From positions 43,286-107,285 of the forward strand of contig NIVC01001289.1 of assembly GCA_002269645.1 (NCBI GenBank): a stretch of DNA of 64,000 nt, given 5' to 3'. Positions within the stretch are counted from its first letter, which is position 1, and every line of letters begins with the position of its first letter. Under the pieces are notes generated by a model. That model saw only the letters and a list, made by a program, of their open reading frames with translations. It did no database searches and was not told where the DNA came from. This document shows, one piece after another, positions 24,001-37,034 of this stretch. The DNA is from Macrostomum lignano (lineage: Eukaryota). Position numbers and translations under genes: made by a program.

Positions 24001-27000
24001 GACTTAAGCTGAATATCGTGTTTTCCTTTATCCTCGTAACACAGCCAGTTGCCATGCCTTTCTTGTCCCATGGTGCCCCGTCGCCAGGCGAAACACCGCT
24101 GCACACTATTTGGGGTGACACGAAATTTCTGTTAGCGTAGAAAAAATTCTGCTAAAGAGAGTGAACCATTTTCTTTTTTTCTTTGCTGCCTTCTTGGTGG
24201 CCGGTAGTTCTTGGAAATGTCTTTCGTTTTTGGCTGAGGTATTGTGGGTGATAAATTTCAAATTAACTTTGTCGACTTTTTACATATATGCATGTATCGG
24301 TTCGATTCTTCAGAAGTGATTCTCAATGTGTGATTCTCAGGGTTTGGTTCTTAAGGTGTGATTCTCAAGGTTTGCTTCTCAAAGTGTGATTCTCAAGGTT
24401 TGGTTCTTAAAGTGTGATTCTTAATGTGTGATTCTCAAGGTGTGATTCTTAAAGTGTGATTCTTAAGATATGATTATCAAAGTGTGATTCTTAATGTGTG
24501 ATTCTCAAGGTGTGATTCTCAAGGTGTGATTCTCAAGGTGTGATTCTCAAGGTGTGATTCTCAAGGTGTGATTCTCAAGATGTGATTCTCAAGGTGTGAT
24601 TCTCAAGGTGTGATTCTTAAGGTGTGATTCTCAAGGTATGATTCTCAAGGTATGATTCTCAAGGTGTGATTCTAAAGGTGTGATTTTCAAGATGTGATTC
24701 TCAAGGTGTGATTCTCAAGATGTGATTCTCAAAGTGTGATTTTTAAGGTGTGTGATTCTCAAAGTGTCATTCTTAAGGTGTGATTCTCAAGGTGTGATTC
24801 TTAAGGTGTGATTCTCAAGGTATGATTCTTAAGTTGTGATTCTCAAGGTGTGATTCTTTAAGATGTACCTTCTAAAGTGTGATTCTCGAAGAAAGATTCT
24901 TAGGTGATGAGGTTTTTAAACTGTGATCATCATAACACTGTGATTCGTGCATGGCTGAAATTCGTGGCCTAATTACTTCCATCCAACTAACAAATAAGTT
25001 CCGATTCTCGGGTACTCATTTTGCTTTGTCTTGTCAGAATTGGAAAAAAGAATCAAAACAGATGTGCAGGAGCTTCAACAATCTCTGTTGATGCTGCATG
25101 GCTTCGGCAAAAAAGCCAACTGTGCATACAAAGCACGCGCGCAAGGTGTTGGTTCTGGGGCGATTAAATTTCGTATTCGTTGTTTCTAATAATTTTTAAT
25201 AGCTGCAACGCTCCTGTCTCTGCTCACCCGACCTCGTCACCATGATGCAAGCTAACACTATGCACACTTATGCACACTTGAGAATCTTCTAAATATCACT
25301 CTGCTTATACAGCTTAGTGGGAAGGGAAAATATCTGCAAGCAAATTGAAATCTGTCTGCAGCTTGGGTGCCTGCCATGGGTTGATTTCTCCCCTGCATTG
25401 TCTTCAGCGACTGTTTCTGCTTGCCCAGCTGCGTGCAAGCTTGCTAAATTGATATATTCTGTGGAGCTGGGAAAACTTGAGCTGAATTTTGTGGAAAGAC
25501 AAAAAACACATGTTTATCATCCCTGAGAAAGATGGGGCGCCATGTCTGAGGGGGGAGAGATTAAGCCTGGTTTTTAAAGCGTCAGAATCGCTGTGCCATT
25601 TGAAATTCTGGGTCCAAATTCAGAATCAGTCAATGAAGTTAAAAATCAAATAAGATATCAGCAGTTGCAAAAGTCTGCAGACAGGGGCCCAGTACAAAAG
25701 CTATGGGGGACATGCCAATGCTTTGTCCTCCCCATGCAAACCATCTTGGGACCCGTTATGGAAATCAATCATTTTGCTTCAGGGCGACAATATATAGCGC
25801 CTGCGGCGCCAAAATAAGTGCCTGCTACGCTAAAATGAGTGCCTACGGCGCCAAAATGAGTGCCTGCTACGCTAAAATGAGTGCCTACGGCGCCAAAATG
25901 AGTGCCTGCGGCGCTAAAATGAGTGCCTGCGGCGCTAATATGAATGCCTGCGGCGCTAATATGAGTGCCTGCGGCGCCAAAATGAGTGCCTGCGGCGCTA
26001 AAATAAGTGCCTGCGGCGCCAAAATGAGTGCCTGCGACGCTAAAATGAGTGCCTGCGGCGCTAAAATGAGTGCCTGCGGCGCTAATATGAATGCCTGCGG
26101 CGCTAATATGAGTGCCTGCGGCGCCAAAATGAGTGCCTGCGGCGCTAAAATAAGTGCCTGCGGCGCCAAAATGAGTGCCTGCGACGCTAAAATGAGTGCC
26201 TGCGACGCTAAAATGAGTGCCTGCGACGCCAAAATGAGTGCCTGCGACGCCAAAATGAGTGCCTGCGACGCTAAAATGAGTGCCTTCGGCTCCCCCCACC
26301 TCAAAATCCATGGCGACGCTCCTGTCTGCAGACTCCATGTTAACAGATTGCTCAAACTTGATGGAATTACTGACATCCAGAGAGTCCCAAAAATTATAAT
26401 AAGATTGCTGCTTCACATAAAATATGAACTACAGAAAATATGAAACTTAAAAGTAGAGATAAATTGCATTCAGCTTGGTTCGAATTCAGGGTGCCAAAAT
26501 AAACCTGATGTGTCATGGTCCTTGTTGTATTAAGTTTTCTACGACTCTCTACGAAGAGTTCTTCTAGCAAAACTGTTGTTGGCAAGGTTCAACTCCTAGC
26601 CACAAGGCTTGTTGGCCTGACTGCAGTAGAGAAATCCTTGTGGTGTCACTCACATCAGTCACATGTCTTATTAGCAGATTGGCTGAAGTGGAGACTGAGA
26701 TGTGTGTACGAAGTTGTTGTTAGACAATCGCAATGCAAGAATGTCAGTAGATGTTCCTATTGTTAGTGAAGATAGCTCAGCCACTCCCCCGAATGAGCTC
26801 AAGTGGACTCAGGCTCTGAGAGGCAGCTTCGTTTAAGAGAAAAAAACTCTTTTCACTCCTGCAGATGCAGAGTTGAGCACGAGAATATTAGCTTTTTTCT
26901 TCTGAGAAGCCCACCCTTGTTTTGCCTGCATGCTTTTCAATATTAATAGTCATAGGCATATATATACTGAACGCATCCTTGTTGGCCAAATCAACCGCAA

Positions 27001-30000
27001 CCAAGTGTGCCGGAGTCTGGGAGCCGCGAACAGCCCAGCAGACCATCAACCAGAAATTTTGAGTATTTTAGAAACAATTTGTGTTTTTTCGCGTGAAGCT
27101 GAATTGGATGGTTGGAAATTTGAGGATTGCTAAATGCAGCCGGGAAAAAAGCAAGGGCTGGTGCTTTGATTTGTCATGATCGTTTTTCCCATTCCATTTT
27201 ACTTGGTCTCCCTCATTTATCAGGACACGGTAGCTCTTTGTTCAATTTACTCTATGTTCGCTCGCTCCGCTTCAGATTTACTCAAATCCAAGAGTCAAAA
27301 TCCCTCTCCCCTCACTCTCCGTCTCCCTCTCCCTCTCCCCTCACTCTCCGTCTCCCTCTCCCGCTCCCCTCACTCTCCGTCTCCCTCTCCCTCTCCCCTC
27401 ACTCTCCGTCTCCCTCTCCCTCTCCCTCACCCCCTTCTCCCTCTTCCTCCTACTCTCCTTCTCCGTTCCCCTTGTTTTTTTCACCCTGAGAAAGAATTGA
27501 GAATCTAAAATATACGCAAGCAAAACTTTTTAAAATGACTTCGTGTACATTTACCGAGTCAGCGCTTTTGGGATATGGTGTGCCCTCATCCTCCTCCCTT
27601 CTCTCTCATCTCTTTTCCCACCCCGTATCTAATCTCAGACTCGCGCTTTAGAAGTTTTCAAAAGTGGAGATTTTATTGATGTTTCAATGAAAACAGAGAT
27701 ACTAAAAATCTGTTTGATTTGATTGGGGCTGGCTGCTGGGTCAGATATGCCGCGGGAGGGGGCGGCGGAATTATTAAATTCAACCGACCAATAAGAGCGC
27801 CATCGAACGACCCACCCCTCCCCCCGGGCGGGTTTGTCTTCCCTTGCCTTTCAAGATTGCAAGCACAAAAAAATTGTTAGACAACTTGTTAAAAGACGGA
27901 ATTAAAGCAGCAAGCGTTTTTTATGCTAATTTCATTTTCTAACCAAGTTTGTTTCAATAAATATAAGTGACGATGACTGGAAGGGTTACTGACTAAGTTA
28001 AAAGGGGTGCCAAGATATAGATATGTGAAAAGGCGCCAAGATTTCATTCAAGAAAGCTGCGCATAGAAGATGAGTGAAAGGGGCGCCAAGATTAGTGAAA
28101 GAAACGCCAAGATGATTGAAAAAGGTGCCAAGATGAGTGGAAAGGGCTTCAAAATGATAAAAAGAGGCGCCAAGATGAGTGGAAAGGGCTTCAAAATGAT
28201 AAAAAGAGGCGCCAAGATGAGTGAAAGAGGCGCCAAGATGAGTGAAAGGGGCACCAAGATGAGTGAAAGAGGCGCAAAAATGAGTGAAAGGAGCGCCAAG
28301 AGGAGTAAACTGGGAGCCAATAGGAAGTTAGAAGTGTCATCACTGCAAACTGAAACTTTCACAGACAGTTTAAAAAAACCTAACCAAAAATTGGTTTCTG
28401 GTCAGTCAGTAGACTAAGATTAACAGGTTAAGATAAGAAATTTTCTATGGACAGCCTATAAGCATTGTCTTTAGTTTTTTTTAAATCTTGACATGTTTAA
28501 AACGCACAAACATTGGTTTAGATCTAGATCACTGTCTCTCACAGTGTAATTGTTTAGAAACAAGACCACGGAAATTGTTTATTGCTTAACAAAAATTCTG
28601 TCCTCGAAGCCTCCCTATGCGGCCCTCGCAGGGGTCATTTGAAACTTCACAATAGCAATCCTATTTACTATATATACTCTCTCCTCGCAACTCTCATCCC
28701 CCATCACTTCTGATGCCATATTTTTTCATCTCCTCTTTCGCCGTCTCTCTCCACCATTCCCTCTATTCCTCTCTCATCTCGCAATGGTTTAGATACTTCA
28801 TCTTGGCTCTTTGGCCATTTTTTTAGTAGATTTTCGCAACCGACTTTGAATTCTGTTCTACGAAACTTCACGGAGTTGATTTGAATTATGAACTAGCGAA
28901 GTCACTGTAAATTCATTGATGTTGTAATAAACAATTTGTAAGCACCGTTTCTATCTATCTACCGATCTATCTATCCTATCGTCTGGTTTATCTCTTCTGA
29001 CCAAACTACTACAATTCATCTATCTATCAATATCTATATGCGTGCACACATACACACTTTCGAAGTTTCTAGTGGCCTTGCGTTCAGTTACTATGCAGGC
29101 CGAAGGGTCAGCACACCACTTCTAGCATATCCGTGACATTTATATCAGTAATCAATCAATATGCGCTGTACATATATGATATATATATCTGTGTAACACA
29201 CTTTAGACCGCTGTTCTCTTGTCATCATCGTTGTTGGCAGTGACAATTTCTGACAATCTTTCCGAATAATGCGCGTATCTGCATTGTCCTGACACACACA
29301 CACACACTGCACACTCAACAGTGCCGCGCAAGCAAAGTTTATGAACAAATCATTTTTTTTCAAATCCAGTGCCTGCAACAAAAAAAAGTTGTAAACTATA
29401 TAAGTTGAAAACCGGGGTGATTGATGTTGTTAAAGAAAGTGGTATAGTTCGGTGGGTTGAAGCCAGCAGTGGCCGACCGTAACTGCGACACGCCAACAGT
29501 CATCATTTATAGGTAAATAACCTTAAAAATTAACATTTGCCCCAGCATCAGTAATTGAGGGGGCGCCAAAGCCAGGAATTGAGGGGGGGCGCCAAAACCA
29601 GGAATTGGAGGGGGGGGGGGGCGCCAAAACCAGGAATTGGAGGGGGGCGCCAAAACCAGGAATTGAGGGGGCGCAAAATCAGGAATTGGGGGGCGCAAAA
29701 TCAGGAATTGGGGGGGGGCGCAAAATCAGGAATTGGGGGGGGGGGCGCAAAATCAGGAATTGGGGGGGGGCGCAAAATCAGGAATTGGGGGTGGAGGGCG
29801 CAAAATCAGGAATTGGGGTGGGGGTCGCTAATACTAGAATTTGGGGGCGCCAAAATCAAAATAAAAGACTTGTTTCCATTGCCAAATAAAAATATCGTTC
29901 AGTGCTGGAACGTCACGCCAAAAAAGTGTCCCCTTGAAAGTCACGAATTTCAAAGACGCTACTAAAAAACTTCCAACTTAATGAATTCATTATAAGGCAA

Positions 30001-33000
30001 AATTCAGATTCAAACCTCAGAGATTCGGGCCCTAAAAATGTTTGCGGCCATTCGGGTGTAAAAACCCCTGGCCTAAAGCTTCTTGTTCTTTATTTTCTTT
30101 TTGTATCCTGCCGGCGTGGAGGTTCAAAAGGCTTCAAACAACAGAGGCAAGTCGTCCAAGAATTGCCCAACCCCCAAGGCGCAGCCGGATAAATGATTTA
30201 ATTGCCACGCCACAAGATGCCGCTGATGATAATGATGATGATGATGAAAAAACTGGCTTAGCGACTGACAAACAAGTGTGCAGCTGTGGCTGCTGGATAC
30301 ACGTTAAAGCCAGTCAGTCTATAGAGAAACCTTAGCTGTAACTGCCATCATCTTGCCCATACTAAAATTTGGTATGACTAAGTTTAGCCCTGGCGCATAA
30401 AATTACTCTATATATACGATCGTACGAGTATATAAGATGAAGGCATTATAATATTAGCTTGTAGAGATATTGGAGAGCTAAAACTGGACCTGGAATCACA
30501 GAAACTCTGTGGCCAAAACACCTTCATTTTCAGTGAAATTCTATAGCCCAAACACCCTCATTTTCAGTGAAATTCTATGGCCCAAACACCCTCATTTTCA
30601 GTGAAACCCTGAGGCCCAAACACCCTCATTTTCAGTGAAACCCTGAGGCCCAAACACCATCATTTTCACAGAAACTCTGTGGCCCAAACACCCTCATTTT
30701 CACAGAAACTCTGTGGCCCAAAAACCTCATTTTCACAGAAACTCTGTGGCCCAAAAACCTCATTTTCACAGAAACTCTGTGGCCCAAAAACCTCATTTTC
30801 ACAGAAACTCTGTGGCCAAAACACCCTCATTTTCACAGAAACTCTGTGGCCAAAACACCCTCATTTTCACAGAAACTCTGTGGCCCAAAAACCTCATTTT
30901 CACAGAAACTCTGTGGCCAAAACACCCTCATTTTCACAGAAACTCTGTGGCCCAAAAACCTCATTTTCACAGAAACTCTGTGGCCAAAACGCCCTCATTT
31001 TCACAGAAACTCTGTGGCCCAAAAACCTCATTTTCACAGAAACTCTGTGGCCAAAACACCCTCATTTTCACAGAAACTCTGTGGCCAAAACACCCTCATT
31101 TTCACAGAAACTCTGTGGCCCAAAAACCTCATTTTCACAGAAACTCTGTGGCCAAAACACCCTCATTTTCACTGAAATTCTATGGCCACAACACCCTCAT
31201 TTTCACTGATAACACGGACGATAGAGTAAACTTGCTTATCCTACCGTATTTATTTTCTTAGAAATTTCCAAGAAAATTTCTACGGCTTGCGCTGTAAATT
31301 AGCCAACTCCAGCGACAGAGAGAAAGCCTTATGCAGCCACAGAAAGAAGATGGTTGAACCAATTTACAATCTTGGCTTTGGACCCCCAGCTGCAGCGAGA
31401 AATACCCATGCAGAAACTCCCAGTTGGGTGATAAACTCCGTGCTGTTGAAGGTCTGGAATACCTCTGTCATTTCGACTGGGAATTAAAAACCCAAACAAA
31501 GACTATATTTTAGATTTTTTTGTGTCACTTATTGTTTTTGTTTTCTTTAGATGCTGGCTTCTTAGTTGATCTTGTCGGCTTGCTGATATTAGTAAGTTTT
31601 GCAGCACTTGAAGTTTTATGCTAGACAAACTGAACTTCAAAACAAAGCGCTGTGCTTTAGTGTCTTTCAAACTGTTAGATTTTATTATCAATGTTTAAAT
31701 ATTTGAAATATTTTTAGGCTGGGTCCGTGACACCTGCGAGTGTTTGGCGTGTCACTTATTGGGGATTGTTGAGAAAATGTTTAAAAATTAGTCAATTTGA
31801 TAATAACAAGATCTAAGGTACTTTGATGATTACACACATTTGAGGTAGGTTGTGAGTCTTTATGGATGTGAAATCTTGAGAATGTAACAGTTGTGACACC
31901 TTGAGGATGCGACATTTCGAGGATGTAACAGTTGTGACACCTTGAGGATGCGACATTTCGAGGATGTAACAGTTGTGACACCTTGAGGATGCGACATTTC
32001 GAGGATGTAACAGTTGTGACACCTTGAGGATGCGACATTTCGAGGATGTAACAGTTGTGACACCTTGAGGATGCGACATTTCGAGGATGTAACAGTTGTG
32101 ACACCTTGAGGATGCGACATTTCGAGGATGTAACAGTTGTGACACCTTGAGGATGCGACATTTCGAGGATGTAACAGTTGTGACACCTTGAGGATGCGAC
32201 ATTTCGAGGATGTAACAGTTGTGACACCTTGAGGATGCGACATTTCGAGGATGTAACAGTTGTGACACCTTGAGGATGCGACATTTCGAGGATGTGTCAC
32301 ACTTTGATACCTACATGTAATACAACTACGAGTCATTGTTGCATGATACTTCCAAAGGGTATGAGGCTCTCAACAATGAAATCTTCTGAATTACTATCAT
32401 AAAGTTTGCTGACCTGTTTAAACTGCTCTTCGAATGTCCACTGCTGCCCTCCGGCCGTGTTGGAGTCGCTGCCTTCCGGTGTTGCTTTCCCAGACGACAA
32501 CGGATGTGGCGGGGGGCTTCGCTCGCTGCAGTAGTCGCTCGCACCTTCGGCAGCGTGGCTCGTCCTCTGGTCCGTTGTATCCTCATCCGCGTTGTCCTCC
32601 ATCTCGTCGTCCATGGGCATCAGGAGCTGTCTCTCGGCGTAGAACTCGTTGAAATCGTCGTTGGCTCGCCTGTCTAGCACGAAGTTGCGCCGGTTGGATT
32701 CCAGCACTGATGGATGACCGTCTTGACAAGGCTGCTCCTGCTGATGATGGCGCCTATTCGACAGTTCATCTTGGCGTGGCTGTTGAAACCCTTGCGCTGA
32801 CGATGACGGAGGCGGCAGAGGCGGCGGCAGCATTGGCAGCGGCGGTAGTTGCGGATGTCCCAGTATATGGGGAAACAGAGGGAACGGATGCGGATGCGGC
32901 TGTGGCGGTGGCGGCGGCGGAGGCAGAGCCAGGGCTTCCTGGTTGCCATTCGAGCTGGCGGAAGCGGCGGCGGCTCTCGCCTTTAAGAAGCTGGTCATCA

Positions 33001-33238
33001 TGAGGAACTCTTGATGATTGTGCTGCTGCTGGTGCTGCTGGTGCTGCATGAAATCTCTGCTAGTTAGGAAATCGCGTGATTTTTTCGTAGCTTTTGGCAA
33101 CCGCAGATCCTGCAATTGAAGTTGGTCGTTGCGGTGCAGGAGATCAGAGTGCTCCGCGTTCTCGTCGGCAACCGAACAAGGTGTGTGGGGCGGTGTGGAA
33201 GGCCTCTGCTGCTGCTCTACCGGTTCTTGCTGCTCCAT
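18014..33238 (-). CDS. ARID3: ARID3 / dead ringer (retained) family transcription factor, 6 coding exons
   Basis: Exons 33238-32414, 23844-23772, 21453-21270, 20698-20454, 19389-18763, 18108-18014 with consistent phases. They join to WTFEEQFKQ|LYELSDEPKRKQFLDDLFAFMQRRG|TPVNRIPIMAKQVLDLYELFRLVVTKGGLVEVINKKLWREITKGLNLPSSITSAAFTLRTQ|YMKYLYPYEC (extended ARID) and end with the REKLES-beta-like VSMELNGLAYHGVLFAQ. Poly-Ala/Gln/Pro/His tracts present. Confidence 0.95.
18192..18225. mobile_element. 34-bp perfect palindrome with 8-bp target-site duplication (hAT-type micro-element)
   Basis: CAGGGACTACTCAAACATGTTTGAGTAGTCCCTG flanked on both sides by GGTGCTGA (18184-18191 and 18226-18233). Confidence 0.8.
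18270..18680. repeat. ~23-bp minisatellite (CAGTGCGGCTCTGATCTGTGTGT)
   Basis: Tandem copies in the last ARID3 intron. Confidence 0.9.
19770..20165. repeat. 20-bp minisatellite (CCTAAGCTACCACAGACACT)
   Basis: Tandem copies in an ARID3 intron. Confidence 0.92.
22980..23690. repeat. 21-bp minisatellite (AGATAGATCAGAGGAAAAGGT)
   Basis: Tandem copies; source of the (SSDLSTF)n ORF. Confidence 0.92.
24320..24890. repeat. 14-bp minisatellite (GTGTGATTCTCAAG)
   Basis: Tandem copies in ARID3 intron 1. Confidence 0.92.
25682..26324. mobile_element. Non-autonomous hAT-type element with an internal 21-bp minisatellite
   Basis: 8-bp direct repeat TCTGCAGA at 25674-25681 and 26325-26332; ends CAGGGGC... 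and ...GCTCCTG; interior (GAGTGCCTGCGGCGCYAAAAT)n at ~25790-26285. Confidence 0.8.
27300..27440. repeat. Pyrimidine-rich ~30-bp tandem repeat
   Basis: (CTCCCTCTCCCCTCACTCTCCGTCTCCCCT)n-like copies. Confidence 0.8.
28060..28300. repeat. 21-bp minisatellite (GATGAGTGAAAGAGGCGCCAA)
   Basis: Tandem copies. Confidence 0.85.
29555..29855. repeat. G-tract minisatellite (GGCGCMAAAYCAGGAATTGGGGG)
   Basis: Tandem copies with variable G runs. Confidence 0.85.
30500..31205. repeat. 33-34-bp minisatellite (GGCCCAAAAACCTCATTTTCACAGAAACTCTGT)
   Basis: Tandem copies. Confidence 0.92.
31880..32295. repeat. 41-bp near-perfect minisatellite (GAGGATGTAACAGTTGTGACACCTTGAGGATGCGACATTTC)
   Basis: About 10 essentially identical copies; no spacers. 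Confidence 0.93.
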
Positions 33239-33319
33239 CGAGTTTTGTTTACTTCTCTGTAAGCTGTGAAATTAAATGATAGAAACCTGATTTTGCAGTA
33301 TACGAGCTATAGTGTGCTA

Positions 33320-33800
33320 GTAAGCGGGGCGCCATCAGAGTAGAGTAAGCGGGGCGCCATTAGAATCAGTGTGAAGTAAGCGAGGCGCCATCAGAATGAA
33401 GTAAACGGGCTTGCAATCAGAGTAGAATAAGCGGGGCGTCATTGGAGTCAGATTAGAGTAAGCGGAGCGCCACCATAGTAGAATAAGCAGGGCGTCATTA
33501 GAGTCAGAGTGGAGTAAGCGGAGCGCCACCACAGCAGAATAAGGAGGGCGCCACTAAAGTAGAGTAAGCGGGGCGCTATCGGAACGAAGTAAACGGGGCG
33601 CCATCAGAATAAAGTTAGCGGGCTTGCAATCATAGTAGAGTAAGTTGGGCGTCATTAGAGTCAGAGTGGAGTAAGCGGAGCGCCACCAGAGTAGAATAAG
33701 CGGGGCGTCATTAGAGTCAGAGTCGAGTAAGGGGGCGTCATCAGATTCAGAGTGGAATAAGCTGAGCGCCACTAAAGGGGAGTAAGCGGGGCGCCATCTC
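33320..33800. repeat. Degenerate ~24-bp minisatellite (TAGAGTAAGCGGGGCGCCATCAG)
   Basis: Diverged tandem copies upstream of the ARID3 ATG. Confidence 0.8.
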
Positions 33801-34299
33801 AGGACTATAAAGTAGCTAAGAAGCAAACCATTTGAGAAATTTGTCGTTCAAAAAAAAGAAACAAAATTACAGAACAACGGTTTTGAAGTCTTACCCTTTT
33901 TGCTCGCAGGATACGCGCGGTTTTTTAATTTAGTTTTGCAAAATCGCTATGCTTGTTTCTGCGTCTTTTGTGGCCCTGTTTGGTTAGCTCGGCGATTTCC
34001 CTATTTATTATCAGCTTGCTTCTAGGGGAAGGGGTTGCTTGGCTTTGTCAGGGACTCTTGTTTTTCTGCAGGCTCCTGGGCCAATGAGGGGAGATTCGCT
34101 AAAGTAGTCAGGCATTTGAACCCGGCAATTTGGTTGGGACAATCAACGCAGAATCCTTCTCGCTCCTCATCTCTGTCTTCCCCAGAAATTGTCTTTACTA
34201 TTGCTGGCAAAAGATTTTTCAAGCCTTTTTTGTCTTTAGCGTCAACGATTCTTGTGATAGGCGCCACTGATTCTTGATTTTGGCGCCCACCGCTTCTAG

Positions 34300-35440
34300 T
34301 GATTGACGCCACCCTATTCACACTTTAGCGCCACCCTATTCAAAATTTGGCGCCACCCTATTCAAACCTTGGCGCTACCCTATTCACACCTTGGCGCTAC
34401 CCTATTCACACTTTGGCGCCACCCTATTCACACTTTAGCGCCACCCTATTCAAAATTTGGCGTCACCCTATTCACACCTTGGCGCTACCCTATTCACACC
34501 TTGGCGCTACCCTATCCACACCTTGGCGCTACCCTATTCACACTTTGGCGCCACCCTATTCACACTTTAGCGCCACCCTATTCAAAATTTGGCGTCACCC
34601 TATTCACACCTTGGCGCTACCCTATTCACACCTTGGCGCTACCCTATTCACACCTTGGCGCTACCCTATTCACACCTTGGCGCTACCCTATTCACACCTT
34701 GGGCTACCCTATTCACACCTTGGCGCTACCCTATTCACACCTTGGCGCTACCCTATTCACACTTTGGCGCTACCCTATTCACACTTTAGCGCCACCCTAT
34801 TCAAAATTTGGCGATACCCTATTCACACCTTGGCGCTACCCTATTCACACCTTGGCGCTACCCTATTCACACTTAAGCGCCACCCTATTCACACCTTGGC
34901 GCTACCCTATTCACACCTTAGCGCCACTCTATTCACGCCTTGGCGCCACTCTATTCACACCTTGGTGCCACCCTATTCACACATTGGCGCTACCTTATTC
35001 ACACCTTGGCGCTACCCTATTCACACATTGGCGTCACCCTATTCACACCTTGGCGCCACCCTATTCACGCATTGACGTCACCCTATTCACACATTGGCGC
35101 CACCCTATTCACACCTTAGCGCCACTCTATTCACACATTGGCGCTACCCTATTCACACCTTAGCGCCACTCTATTCAAACCTTGGTGCCACTCTATTCAC
35201 ACCTTGGCGCCACCCTATTCACACATTGGCGCCATCCTATTCACAGCTTGGCGCTACCCTATTCACACCTTAGCGCCACCTTATTCACACCTTGGCGCTA
35301 CCCTATTCACACCTTAGCGCCACTCTATTCACAGCTTGGCGCCACCCTATTCACACCTTGGCGCCACCTTATTGACACCTTGGCGCTACCCTATTCACAC
35401 CTTAGCGCTACTCTATTCACACATTGGCGCTACCCTATTC
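34300..35440. repeat. 22-bp minisatellite (CACACCTTGGCGCTACCCTATT)
   Basis: Long tandem array. Confidence 0.92.
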
Positions 35441-36039
35441 TAAGCAAAATATGACTAATAATCCATTCCGCTTAATGGTGGTTTTTTATTTTCACGATTT
35501 TTGATAGAAATTGAAATGCTTTCAGGTTTTAAACAATGAAAAAATGGCAGATTCAAATTAATTTCACCATTGTCTGACTGAGATATTTGAACAAATCTAA
35601 TTTCAAACAGATGAAAAACGAATTTAGCCAATCTATAATTCAGAAATATACGTATCGTTAGAGTGATATATTGATTTCATAAAGAGTGTGACAAAAAATG
35701 TTTTTATACCTTATCCAGCCTTAATTTTAAATAGAATTTACATTAATGATTTTTGGCCAATAACGGCTGGATTTCAAAATTTAATTTATGTCCGCTTGAG
35801 CTTAATTAGTTTTGTCAGGTGGTGTCGCAATGCTTATACAGCTGCTTCTGCCTTTCTGGGCCTCGGGGTTGTCTTTTCTTTGTCTTCACATTTTTCCGTC
35901 TGTGTCTTTTACCGGTAGATTTTATGTTTCACGATCATGCGATAGCATCACGCAGGAATCCTGCTCGAGATTTTTTCAGCAATCAAACTGTGAAAGTCGT
36001 CGCTAATTTTACTCGAGAATTTGCTCAAAAATCACCTTA

Positions 36040-36440
36040 AAAATCGCCCCAAAATCACCTTGAAAATCGCCCCGAAATCACCTTAAGAATCGCCCCAAAA
36101 TCGCCTCAAAAATCGCCCTAAAATCACTTCAAGGATCGCCCATAAATAACCTCAAGGATCGCCCCAAAATCGTCTCAAGAATCGCCCCAAAATCAGGTCA
36201 AGAATCGCCCCAAAATCACCCCAAGATTCGCCTCAAAATCACCCCAAGATTCGCCCCAAAATCACTTCAAGAATCGCCTCAAAATCACTTCAAGAATTCC
36301 CTAAATCACCTCAAGAATCGCCCTAAAATCACTTCAAGAATCGCCCTAAAATCACTTCAAAAATCGCCCTAAAATCGCCTCAAGAATCGCCCCAAAATCA
36401 CCTCAAGAATCGCCCCAAAATCGCCTCAATTGAATCGCCC
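36040..36440. repeat. 23-bp minisatellite (AAGAATCGCCCCAAAATCACCTC)
   Basis: Tandem copies. Confidence 0.88.
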
Positions 36441-37034
36441 GTAAGCTACATAGAAAATAGCCCAGAAACTAGCTCAAGATTCAGCTTAAAGTAACTTCCC
36501 AGAAAATTCCATATCAGCAGAACTCATAGCCTTGTAAACGATGTTGCAATTACAGATTTCGCCAATAAAAATATGCAGGTTACCCCGTGTAGCTTCTTCA
36601 TAGTCATCTTAAAACGATACATATCATTTTTCACTCATTCGCCAATCAATCGATTGATAGTTAGATAAGAGCCGGATGAATGTAGCCAGGCTGGTATAAT
36701 CAAGCGCACGCGAAAGCAAAGCATTATCAGATATCTCTCATCCACACCTTTTCAACCGCATCTGTCTGTAATAGCCCGCATATAGCGGCTTTGCGTCTGC
36801 CTGTTTCGAGCCACTCTAAAAGCCTTGCATAATTCTCAATAATAGTCTACTTTTTAATTGTCACAAGCCCGATTCCCACAGATAAAATATAATTGGGGGG
36901 GGGGGTGATATTGTCAGCTAAAAACTACGGTTTTATTAATTGTCAAGACCTCTCCGATCTGTGAAGCCTCTCTATCTGGCCTTCAGGTCCTTTGACACTT
37001 CGCAATAGCAATTCTGTCTGTTCAAGGTTTGTGT

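Noticed and set aside
25703-26443. (MSACGAK)n ORF resembling a repeat or antifreeze-type protein
   Set aside because: A 21-bp unit is open on both strands by construction and lies inside a TSD-bounded element in an ARID3 intron.
30679-35454. Repetitive ORFs at 30.7, 31.8 and 34.3-35.4 kb
   Set aside because: All derive from tandem repeats and cycle through frames with the unit length.
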